DNA of 64,000 bases, from contig NC_087251.1 in the NCBI RefSeq assembly GCF_037042905.1, positions 15,440,001 to 15,504,000 of the forward strand, written 5' to 3'. The stretch is from Lytechinus pictus (taxonomy: Eukaryota). Within the stretch, counting starts at the first letter, position 1, and each line of letters starts with the position of its first letter. A model generated the notes under the pieces. The model was not told where the DNA came from. It made no database searches and worked only from the letters and a program-made list of their open reading frames with translations. A program made the translations under genes and the position numbers. Shown piece after piece: positions 53,501-64,000 of the stretch.

Positions 53501-53676
53501 CTTAAGGCCCCATTGGTGGGCTTTGTGATCCTGCAAACTGTTATCTTCTGCCATGGTTTTACAGCTTTGGAAAATATGATACTCCTACTGGTCGACGACC
53601 ATTTTGGGATGCTAGCATCTGAGGACGATGGAATGCTACCAGTTTTCTGAATGTGCCGTACCCATTTTTCATGGAC
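53501..53676 (-). CDS. WDR81: WDR81 coding exon 2 (VHEKWVRHIQ...PTNGAL)
   Basis: ttttatag|...|gttagt; 176 nt, phase 0->2, open frame. Confidence 0.8.
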
Positions 53677-53914
53677 CTATAAAATGATCAAATTAAAAAG
53701 ACACCAATGGCACTCATTGATCCAGATGATGATTTTTGTTTAAGACACAGACAAATATATATATATATATATACACACACATATAAATTGCCATAGCCTG
53801 GTGAATAGATAGAGCAGGGTGGTTTACAGGAAAGGAATGAAACAATGACGACATCTAAAATGAACCCAAAATGCAAGAAAAAAAGCAGATAGATAGATGC
53901 TGTACAGTTGTACT

Positions 53915-54965
53915 GTATGCACCTACAATCTAATTAGCATAAATTGCTTTTGAGTTGAAAACGCAGCCCACTAGCATACTATCACCTATTCATGCCAGCC
54001 GAAAAAAGGCTGACATAAATAGATAATAAACAAGGCCAGCATAAAGGTTAGCTGGGGTTTTGATGTGTGGTAGAGTCTTGTGTTGTGCATGTTTATTATT
54101 ATGTTGATGTGGTCACATCATCATGTAATGACATCATCATCACATGACTAGTCACATGTTGTTATGTGTTTCTTCACACTGGCCTTGCTTGCTCACTGCC
54201 TCCAGCTGATGAACGTGTGTGTGTATTTGAGTTTTGTCAGACGTGGATCAATCAGATATGATTATTTACGTCTGGGACAGACCTTTAACGTCACCATCCG
54301 AAAGACGTGACCAGGGCTCGAACCTCTGCATCAATTTGTAACTTCCCCGCATAGCTTGGATTACAGGCGCACGCCACAACGCCCAGTTGAACAAGCAAGG
54401 TCGCCACAACGCCCAGATGAACAAGCAAGGTCTTTCTTATATACCCAAGTACATGATGCGCAAACTTTTTTATAGTTAGTGAAGAAACCATCACACCATG
54501 GTTGAATCTCATGCATAAACATGTTGTTTGACAATAGACTTTATTGCTTTCATCCAATAGGCAGAGAAGAGACCTGTGAGAATCTTATCATGCATTCACT
54601 AATACAAATTAGGAATTCATTGCATAATTTGAATATATTTTTTTAATCCATAATGAACAGTCCACAAAGGTGTATTCATATCTTAACCTACAATGGCTAA
54701 GATGCAGCAAACTACTGTCTGGTTCATTGAATTTCAGTGGTATTCTTCCATTCCATTCATATGGATCTGTCTACCTAAAAGTACTCAAAACAAATGCCGA
54801 ATAATGAAATATGTGCATCACCTTTTGAATTTGTCTAGTTTAATAATGGGACTCTAAACCTCAATGAATGCATGATTCATGATTACTGCTAGGTCAGACA
54901 ATGAATCACCTGCATACCTTCGAGACAAATATGGATGCATGGTTTATGGCTGTTGCTAGGTCAGA
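53915..54965. repeat. ~1-kb dispersed repeat, copy B (hosts the 7SL-like SINE)
   Basis: Homologous to 30135-31090. Confidence 0.85.
54215..54387 (-). mobile_element. SINE with 7SL/SRP Alu-domain-like head, B box, Deu/Nin-like core and (CA)n tail
   Basis: Minus strand reads ACTGGGCGTTGTGGCGTGCGCCTGTAATCCAAGCTATGCGGGG...GGTTCGAGCCC...GTCTTTCGGATGGTGACGTTAAA...(CA)n; TGAAC direct repeats flank it. Confidence 0.75.
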
Positions 54966-55592
54966 CGAGGTTTGGTGAATGAATTTATAGATTCATTCAT
55001 ATATTAAAATACTAGGTTCGTTGACCTTTTGACCATGATCATATGACCTGAAACTGCAATCTGATCAGTGGTACTTGATTGCAGTTGTGTCCAAGTGTCA
55101 TGAAACAAGTCCATTTACTTTATTAAAGTTATAATGGCTCATCATAAACTTAACCTGGTTTAAGATTCCAATGCTGACGATGCCAGTTGCAATAATTTTC
55201 ATTAAAAAATAAATAAATAATGAAAATTTAAAAAACACATAAATACATAAGAAATTCTAAAAACAAGGAAATACATAAGAACATTTTGACTTTTGCAATT
55301 TTTCTTTGTAAAACCTATAAGATTACAAAAATGACATCTGAAAAAAAAATCAAAATCGTAAGTGATATTGGGTATTGAATATGCAAATGTTTTCAAAAAT
55401 ATATTTGTATATTTCATTCATAATAAAAAAGTAATTATTTCAGATTTTTTAATACCGGCTTGCAGTTTAGGTTGCAAAGAATGCGCCAGCCAAATTTCAG
55501 TGTGATCACACAAACTGCAGCTGAGATCAGAGGGGGGCATGATGCACCCCCACCCCACATCCTCAATACATCTCAAATAGCACAGTCCTTTA

Positions 55593-55752
55593 TACCTGTC
55601 ACATTTCCCCTATGGCGGCCGTACGGTGAGTTAAAAATAGCAGTTTTAACAGTTTTTGTACCAGGTACATATAGGTGGTTTGAATAAAAACGAATAAAAT
55701 GGCTGTTTTTTACTCATCGTACAGCCGAAATAGGGGAAATATGACTGAGGTA
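55593..55752. mobile_element. Short palindromic MITE
   Basis: tacctgtcacatttcccctatggcggccgtacg ... cgtacagccgaaataggggaaatatgactgaggta. Confidence 0.7.
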
Positions 55753-56289
55753 ATAAAGAAAAGACTAGCTACTTTTTATAACACACAGTAAATGAGTATT
55801 TAAGTATAGATCTGAATATTTCTTTTTTTTTTTTTTTTAGATAATTTTTAAAATATTTCAACTTATTTAGGTCCACCCCTTGAAAAAAAGCTCATTCCTA
55901 CAGTGACAATGTGACTGTTCGCGAGCCAAAGACAAAGGAACATTGTTAACATGTAATTTGAAAAAAATCCTCTACCGTAAGTCAAGTTGGGATACGTGAT
56001 GAACCAAAATTAATTTGTTGTCTAAAATGATTCTGCATATATCGCAAGAATGGTATTCAATGTCTATAATTACCTCTGTCACTTTTGAACTTTGACCCCT
56101 AAATCAAATTAGATCATTGTCACTCTATACATACTTGGACTGAAGTTAATCTGTAAAATAGTAGAGCACAAAAATGGGATGGAAAGCATAATGCCTCCAA
56201 CAACCCATACATGTGTACATGTACGGTGGGCAAAGGCATGAAAAAGCTAGATTCAATCAAGTTAATATTCAAAATGAAAATGAATTTAC

Positions 56290-56388
56290 CACAACTGCAA
56301 AGGTATTTGGATCCAGATTCTGCTGGATCTGGAATGGATCCAGGTTTAAGTCCTGAGACAGTTTGATGACTCCTTCCTCTTCTCCCAT
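56290..56388 (-). CDS. WDR81: WDR81 coding exon 1 (MGEEEGVIKLSQDLNLDPFQIQQNLDPNTFAVV)
   Basis: ATG at 56388-56386, donor GTAAAT, phase 0. Resembles the WDR81 N-terminus (..RDLSIDP.QL..VALV). An acceptor 13 nt upstream of the ATG implies a separate 5'UTR exon. Confidence 0.8.
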
Positions 56389-56778
56389 GATTGAGTAGAA
56401 TCTTTTGAAAAGATAGGAATAAGAGAGAAATGTCACTTAGAGTGAAAAGTCAGGCACCAAACTAAAATTCTGTGCCACATCTGATTTAATGGTAGCTTGG
56501 CGTAAAAATGAATTTGACCACTATTTTTACCTTATGAAATAAAAATGCTTTAAGAATCACAATGGGTCCATGTAATTAGGGTCTATATGCCTAATGCCTT
56601 GCTCAAATACTAAAATGAATTGTTTAAATTACTTTCTTCTAATTAAAAAATTAAAGTTTTTTTGGCTACATTGTTTTACTTTCCATCCGCACAGGGCTTC
56701 ACAAATATACGCTGAAAATTTACAGTTTTTGAGTGCTCTGCCTTCGATCTTAAAAAAAATCCTCAAGAATGTATTGAG

Positions 56779-58054
56779 CAAGTGGAATGCTCTGCCAGTC
56801 TCGCCTGCATTATGCTCTTCAATTTATCAGCAGTGCTTTGAAAACAACTAAGATGAATAATTATTCACAAAACACCATAATGAGATACTAGGTTCACTGA
56901 CCCTAAATAACCTTTGACCTTGTTCATATGACCTGAAACTCGTGCAAAATGATACATGATTACCCTATGTCCAAGTTTCATGATATATCTCCACAAACTT
57001 TTAAAGTTATGATGACATTTAAAAAATACCCCAACATGGCCAAAGTTCATTGACCCTAGATGACCTTGACCTTGATCATGTGACCTAAAACTTAAGCATG
57101 ATGATCAGTGATACTTGATTGCCCTTATGTCCAAGTTTAATAAACTAGGTCCTTATGATGACATTTAAAAAACTGAACCTAGGTTAAGATTTCAATGTTG
57201 ATACCCATAATATGAAAAAAGTTCACTGACTATAGATAACCTTTGACCTTGGTCATGTATGTAACCTGAAACTCATGCAAGATGATCAGTGATACTTGAT
57301 TACCCTCATGTCAATTTTTCATGAACTAGGTCCATATATTTTTATGTTATGTCTGATGACACTTCAAAAACTTAAAGGAGAATGAAACCCTTGAAACCAG
57401 CTGAATCCATATCAAAGAGAAAAATCAAAGAAACATAGTGTTGAAAGTTTGAGGAAGATTGAATGAATAATAAGAAAGTTATGAGCATTTGAATGTCGAG
57501 ATCACTAATGCTCTGGAGATCCTCCTATTGGCAATGCGACCAAGATCTATGATGTCACAGATGAACAACTCTCCCCTTTTGGACACTGAAAATATACCCC
57601 AAAACATCTCTTTTTGCTCATTCTAATCATGTGACAAACGATTCATCAATGATATAATGTTGTGAAACCTCTGTACTTGTCCTCTCATAAAGAGAACACC
57701 TCACCTTGTGATAGACTCTATAAAAGTGAGAATATAAGTGAAATAAGTACTAAAGTATAATGAGGGAGTTGTACGTGTGTGACATCACAGATCTTGGTCG
57801 CATTGCCAATTGGAGGATCTACATGGCATTAGTGATCTCGACATTCAAATGCTCATAACTTTCTTATTATTCATTCAATCTTCCTCAAACTGTCAGCAAT
57901 ATGTTTCTTTGATTTTTTTCTTTGATATGGATTCAGCTGGTTTCAAGGGTTTCATTCTCCTTTAACCTTGGTTAAGATTTCAATGTTGACACCGCCACCG
58001 CCATTGGAAAATCAGCGCCTATACTCCTGCTCTGCTATGCAGGCGAGACAAAAA
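56779..58054 (-). mobile_element. HINE/Helentron-like element with internal tandem units and a nested MITE
   Basis: caagtggaatgc..gtctcgcctgcat ... atgcaggcgagacaaaaa subterminal inverted repeats. Confidence 0.8.
57376..57961. mobile_element. Young near-perfect palindromic MITE with TTAA TSD (Kolobok-like)
   Basis: TTAA|AGGAGAATGAAACCCTTGAAACCAGCTG ... CAGCTGGTTTCAAGGGTTTCATTCTCCT|TTAA; ~190-bp arms. Confidence 0.9.
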
Positions 58055-58311
58055 CAGATCATAAATAAATTGAATTCAGTATTTTTTGTGACGAAAGGGA
58101 CATATGATAATGATATATCAATAATCAAAGACATTTTGGACTGTGTTACATGTTGCATAGTTGCACAGAATCAACAGGGTTTAAAATACATGAACATGTA
58201 GCTAGTAGTGGTCAAAACCACTCAACTGTACAAATGCCCCAAATATTTGATGCACATATCAAACTGCAAATATATATTAATATCATAATTACACAATAAT
58301 TGCTATTTAAA

Positions 58312-59438
58312 ACAAGTGGAATGCCTCTGGCCGTCTCACCTGCATCACGCGATTCAATATAGCAGCAGTGCTGATTTTGAAAACTACTATAACTCGCACA
58401 AGATGTTCAGTGATACTTGGTTAAGTACTCTTATTTCCACGTTTTATGAACTAGACCAATACACTTACATGTATAGAGATATGATGGCAATTCAACAAAT
58501 ACCCCCAACGTGGCCAAAGTTCTTTGACCTTACATGACCTTTGACCTTGATCATGTGACCTGAAACTCGCACAGGATGTTCAGTGATACTTGATTACTCT
58601 TATGTCCAAGTTTTATGAACTAGACCAACACACTTACATGTATAGAGATATGATGGCAATTCAACAAATACCCCCAACGTGGCCAAAGTTCTTTGACCTT
58701 ACATGACCTTTGACCTTGATCATGTGACCTGAAACTCGCACAGGATGTTCAGTGATACTTGATTACTCTTATGTCCAAGTTTTATGAACTAGACCAACAC
58801 ACTTTCAAATTTATGGCTGTAATTCAACAAATACCCCAATTTGGCCAAAGTTCATTGACCCTAAATGACCTTTGACCTTGATCATGTGACCTGAAACTTG
58901 CACAGGATGTTCAGTAATACTTGATTACTATTATGTCCAAGTTTCATGAATCAGATCCATAAACTTTCAAAGTTATGATGGTAATTCAACAGATACCCCC
59001 AATTCGGCCAAAGTTCATTGACTCTAAATGACCTTTGACCTTGGTCATGTGACGTGAAACTCATGCAGGATGTTCAGTGATACTTGATTAACCTTATGTA
59101 TAAGTTTCATGAACTAGGTCTATATATTTTCTAAGTTATGATGACATTTCAAAAACTTAACCTTAGGTTAAGATTTTGATGTTGATTCCCCCAACATGGT
59201 CTAAGTTCATTGACCCTAAATGACCTTTGACCTTGGTCATGTGACATGAAACTCAGGCAGGATGTTCAGTAATACTTGATTAACCTTATGGCCAAGTTTC
59301 ATGAACTAGGTCCATATACTTTCTAAGTTATGCTGTCATTTCAAAAACTTAACCTCAGGTTAAGATTTGGTGTTGATGCCGCCGCCGTCGGAAAAGCGGC
59401 GCCTATAGTCTCACTCTGCTATGCAGGTGAGACAAAAA
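58312..59438 (-). mobile_element. Full-length HINE/Helentron-like element with ~5-6 tandem 160-180-bp units
   Basis: SubTIRs gtctcacctgcat/atgcaggtgagac, (GCC)n microsatellite, A/T-run flanks; 169-bp period at 58452/58621/58790. Confidence 0.85.
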
Positions 59439-59543
59439 CTCTTGAAATAGACCTACATTGTGGAGAGCATTCAAGCATAATTGTTTAAGTTATTCATCTT
59501 GGAATACCCTTACCAATGCCAAAGCTCAATCACATTAATTATA

Positions 59544-61237
59544 GGGGAGACCGGGGTTAGTTGGAACATGGGGTAAGTTGAAACATTGTAATTTTCTTTA
59601 ACGTCTTTAAATAAATTTCTGCAATACTGCCCTCAATTTATTGTCATTATCAACAGCCATCCACCATATTACAGACAACACATATGCAACAAGCCTGGTG
59701 AAGTTAGAAAGGAATTTTTGTTTTTTGACCTTCTGAGTAATTTTTTTCTCTTTCAGAAATGTTTGATTATCTCAGAGAAGTGTATAGATCAAGTTGGCCA
59801 GTTTAGGGGTATAATAGACACTTATACCAAGCTACAAAATGAGGTTATTAATATGCTATGGTGAAGTCCCTTTTTTGAGCTGTAAGCTTATAAACGTCAA
59901 ATGGGCCTCCGGGGTTAGTTGGAACAAAATTGAAGGGGCTAGTTGGAACATGTTCCAACTTACCCAAAACATAATTATGAATAAAAACATTGGATATGAG
60001 AAAAAAATATATAAAGTATTTCACACTCTTCTGAACATGTATTGTATACCATGCTTGTTTTGTTTATCAGTTAGGTCTGAGTGTGCATTTAAGGCCTATT
60101 GTAGGCCCCTAATGCAATATTAACCCTTATCAAACTGGGGGGTCAATTTGAGCCCCCCCCCAAGAAAATTGTCACTACGCCGTCGCACGAAATGTTTTGA
60201 CTACACTGCTCGCTGACTTTTTACTTTCAAGTCTTGCGCATCATTTGAGACCAAATTTGCGATGCCCGTGAGTGCAATTTTGAAATTACGCAACATTTTG
60301 TATGTGCATGTTCGGACCCAAAATTGTAAAAAAAAACGTGATTCCATGTACAATGTCAATGCAAATTGTGTTTTTCAACCAAAAGTCATAAATGTATGAT
60401 TATTTTTTTACTTTTGTTGGTTCAAATAGATTCATTTTATGCTATTTATGATCGGAAAAGAGTCCCGACAAAGTTCATCAGAAAAAACAAAGGTTCGAAA
60501 AAACAAAAATACAAATAAAAAAAACATAAAATACATAATTATATTTTTTTCAATTTTTTGTGGATATTTGTTATAAATGTGAAAAATGATACTCTAACCA
60601 AAAATTAGCATTCTACAAGCTTAATAATTAGAGTTAAAGGCAAAAACATACACACAAAAAAACAAATTTAGGGCAAATTTCATATGCTTATTTGCATAAT
60701 TAATGAAAAAAGTATAAACAATTAATTTTTGTCTTATAAATTTGATGCAGAAGTACATGAAATTGCTGATACATGTAGTACAATTAATTGCATGTAAAAT
60801 CAAACGCACCCAAATATGTGGAATTCTACTACACAGTCTGCTTGCGTGAGTGGCTGTATAATAGAAAACATAAAGTTCAACGAATCCACACTTAAATATT
60901 TTGAACTTGAATAAAATAAAGCAAGTAGGCTAAAACCATGTAATATTACAGTTTTAAGTAGTTTTAGTATAATTCTTAATTGACCATGCAGTGTTCCAAC
61001 TTACCCCATACCATGTTCCAACTTACCCCGTATTGGGGTAAGTTGGAACGTTTGCGATGGTCTTGTTCAAGGTGGATTTTTTCAGTAACCATAATAGAGT
61101 TTAAAAATTTTATGGGGTACATTTGAAGCCCTTAGATATATGCTTCAAGCTGATATATTGATTGTTTCTCGAATAAAATCTATTTGGATTTTACAGCCAT
61201 TTTTGTCAAAAATGTTCCAACTAACCCCGGTCTCCCC
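59544..61237. mobile_element. Tc1/mariner/pogo-type non-autonomous element with TA TSD and a nested piggyBac-like fragment
   Basis: TA|GGGGAGACCGGGGTTAGTTGGAACAT ... ATGTTCCAACTAACCCCGGTCTCCCC|TA (26-bp perfect TIR) with subterminal repeats. Confidence 0.88.
60124..60740 (-). mobile_element. Truncated inverted relative of the 982-1731 piggyBac-like element
   Basis: TTAA|CCC start; caagtcttgcgcatc..gaccaaatttgcga..gtgcatg..ccaaaattg matches the reverse complement of ~1530-1625. Confidence 0.7.
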
Positions 61238-61284
61238 TACTTTGTAGTGGATTCCTTTTATTCCTAATAATAATAGTGGTTGCT

Positions 61285-61315
61285 TTAATATAATAATAAT
61301 AATAATAATAATAAT
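61285..61315. repeat. (AAT)n microsatellite
   Basis: taataataataataataataataataat. Confidence 0.9.
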
Positions 61316-62515
61316 ATGAACATTTGTAATGCGCCGGTATCCATCATAAAAAGATGCTCATGGCGCAATATACATGTATATAGGGCACAGGTCCCTTTTG
61401 GTGCTCACAGCGCTTCAAGAAAGTAAATATACACATGAACAATGATTGAAATAAAATAGAAAGATAAAGAGAAAAGAAATGTGAATTTACCTGAACACAG
61501 CATGCTGTATTTTGGTAGGCCGATTGAATGGTTAATGAGAGAAGAAACTTAAAACTTGATAAATATACCATGTGATAGGTGTGTGCAAGGGAAAGTAATA
61601 TTTACGTTATGCAAAAAATGTAATGTCTTATTTTCTGTAATATCCAACCTAATAACTGATTTATATGCAGTCAGCAAAAGTTTACAAAGCTACTTGTAGA
61701 TTTATTGTGGAGATATAAATGCTTAGAAGTGGAGTTTATGCATCTTAATATAAAAGTAAGTAGCTTACATTCATGCAATAACTATTAAAACTGAGCAACA
61801 AGTGATCCTAGGAAACCTTCTGAATGTAAAAAATAGATAATCATAATCTTGTCCATTCCAATGGATTTTATCAATTATCGGCATTATGATTAGAGACCGA
61901 TGCAATTCTTCAATTCAAGTTGCAATGCAACATGTTTTTTCTGGTCAATGTCGAAAATGCAGAAGTTTCCTTTGGCATTAGCTTCAGAACAGCAACAACA
62001 CGATTAATGATGAAAACCTCATAATATGAGCCCTTTCGTGTTCTTACTGAATGAGGCATACAACTTAAGTTAGTGTGCGGTAACATATGACAGGGCAGGG
62101 GCCACAGAACAGACTCTTGAAAGTGGGGGAACTGACATGGAAAAATCACAAATAGATGGTAATTTTCACATTTTTTTACCCCCCCCCCCCAAACTAATAA
62201 TTCAGTTCTTGAAAGTTGAATAAAAAGTTAATCTAAAAATGTTACTCAACACAAAAAAGTTAGAACAATAAGTTAAGCCTTAGGGCTAGTTGTGCCCTAT
62301 TTGTGATTGTTTAAGGCCCTAATATTATTTAGCATATTTTTGGTTAACCCAGGGAGCTCCCGCCCGCTGCGCGGGCGGGAGCCCAGGGGCTTACCGTGTA
62401 TTTGACCATAGTCACCGGACTAGGGTGATTTATGGTCTAAATATTTCTTCAAATGAATTGTGAAAACAGAAATGTGTAGAATTACCACGATTATATGGAT
62501 GAAGGTCTAACGAGT

Positions 62516-62657
62516 GTTACAAATTGATGCAGAGGTTCGAGGTTCGAGCCCTGGTCACGTCTTTCGGACGGTGACTTTAAAGGTCGGTCCCAGACGTAAA
62601 TAATCATATCTGATTGATACACGTCTGACAAAACTCAAATACACACACACACACACA
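62516..62657 (+). mobile_element. 5'-truncated copy of the same SINE
   Basis: gttacaaattgatgcagaggttcg...gtctttcggacggtgactttaaaggtcggtcccagacg...aaatacacacacaca. Confidence 0.85.
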
Positions 62658-63339
62658 TTGCCGTGTCACGTGACAACCAGTATTAAACGAGAATGTGCAC
62701 AACCCTATGGCGACAAAATTTGCCGCAAAAGTTGAGCAAGTTCTGGACAAAAAGGCTTCAATACCCCAAGAAAAGACCAGGCGAGTAGGCCTACTATTTA
62801 TACATTTTTTCAATTTAGTAATATCTAGAGTCTAATTTAAGAACATATTTCGTCATGGAGCTCCATGGTAAGATCAAGTAATTTAAGTCCAACATTTAAT
62901 TCGCGTGCACTCACTTTTTTAACACAGGAATTAATAGCCTTGGGCTTGGCCTTGGTGCTTAGAGTGCCTGGGCCTGGGTTAATTTTTTGTGTGATTTATT
63001 CTGAGTAATTGTTGAATTTAAGTTGGCAGTGACTAAGAGTAAGACGTGAAAATATTAATTTTCAGTATGCCATCACATCCTAATAATAGTAAATTTTTAA
63101 TTAGGGTCTATAGCGTTTGAAGTTTTTGCCTGTAACGTAAATTAGACAAGTCAAGTGCTTTGACTTTGGACAAAGAAGTCAAAGGCACGCACTGAATAAT
63201 TGACACCCACGGATTTCAACACGTCGGACTGAGCTGAAAAAAAAGTTAAAACAAAACCATTTTTATCCCCAAGTTCACGCCCGATTCACATACAATTTTA
63301 GCATTCCTCATACACAACAAGATCAGAATTCACAGTTAC

Positions 63340-63480
63340 CGAATAAAATTACAAACGAAATGGCGAAAATATCTTATAAAGGCTAATACGAACCGAGCCT
63401 TAGTTTCAGTCTCGAGAAGTCAAAGTGGGCCGTGTTGATGTTTTGCAGGCGGATATCGCATAAATTTGCATATCAATAAC
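63340..63480 (-). promoter_or_regulatory. Putative non-coding first exon / promoter region of WDR81
   Basis: Minus-strand donor-like CG|gtaact at ~63339 and locally raised CpG content; coding exon 1 needs an upstream UTR exon. No transcript evidence. Confidence 0.35.
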
Positions 63481-63717
63481 CGGTACCCGATACCTAACTT
63501 GAGCACAGAAAAGATTCAATCTCGGTCATTATTTTAACTATTACAAAACAATTCGAAAACATACTTGATAATCAATTCACAAATTTTCTTCTAAAAAGTA
63601 AAATATATCGATATATTGCATCGATTGTCGAATCCGCAGTCGGAAAATAAATTTAATGCCGAAAAACTTTTTACTAACTACAATATTTCTTTGATTCCGA
63701 CTTGGCGGAGATATAAG

Positions 63718-64000
63718 TGTAAGCCGCGCGGTTTATAATCGGTCGTGCGGGGTGTCTCAGTCGCCACTGTCCCTGTGATTGACCGCTCGAGTGTAGGCAA
63801 TAAAGGTGCTCCTCGTGGTCTCGGTCCTGTGGCCCTAACTGTAGGTGTAACCAAACCTGTCGCTACCCACTCCTTTCCTGTAGAGGTTCTCCCGATGCTT
63901 CAGCGCTCGGTTGCAGAGCCTTGTCCCCAGCTCTCCTAGAGGGTTCCAAATCGGGTGTATTCTCCGTGGATAGGCGTCCTCATCTCTGTTGTCCAGTACT
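63718..64000. mobile_element. Possible edge of a retroelement (abrupt GC-richer block starting TGTAAG), runs off the window
   Basis: Composition shift, TG start and AATAAA at ~63798; no diagnostic domain. Confidence 0.3.

Larger units (their letters stand above)
27016..56388 (-). other. WDR81: WD repeat-containing protein 81 gene span (BEACH + WD40; 24 coding exons, 2017 aa)
   Basis: 24 exons join in frame with GT-AG introns (sum 6054 nt). BEACH motifs (W..GQLTNYEYLMILN, HHPIMPWVMDF, WTPDECIPEFF, LHRWIDLTFG) and C-terminal WD40 repeats ending ...LVASDNGSIFLLA*, matching the WDR81 architecture as I recall it. Confidence 0.95.

Noticed and set aside
54340..54387. Genuine 7SL RNA gene or human Alu contamination
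   Set aside because: Similarity stops after ~42 nt, with no S domain and no Alu dimer or poly(A). The body recurs at 62516 and sits within a native repeat.

Overview
Eukaryotic, AT-rich, repeat-dense animal genomic DNA. The repeat landscape suggests a sea urchin or related echinoderm; this is an inference, not checked. The main feature is a complete minus-strand WDR81 orthologue (BEACH + WD40 protein). I assembled it by hand into 24 coding exons (56388->27016). All have GT-AG boundaries and consistent phases, giving 6054 nt of CDS and 2017 aa. A probable non-coding first exon lies near 63.3-63.5 kb. The first ~27 kb and the introns are a mosaic of nested mobile DNA: TTAA-flanked palindromic MITEs, hAT-like elements with 8-bp TSDs, a 5.4-kb AATT-flanked Sola1-like element carrying splice-site-bounded cargo, a decayed L1/Tx1-clade LINE, HINE/Helentron-like tandem-repeat elements and tRNA-derived SINEs. 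The most unusual signal is a SINE with a 7SL (SRP Alu-domain)-like head, a B-box, a Deu/Nin-like core and a (CA)n tail; two copies occur in the window. WDR81 introns also contain decayed local duplicates of exon 3' ends that keep their splice donors. No prokaryotic systems are present. All family assignments come from motif recognition, not database searches.
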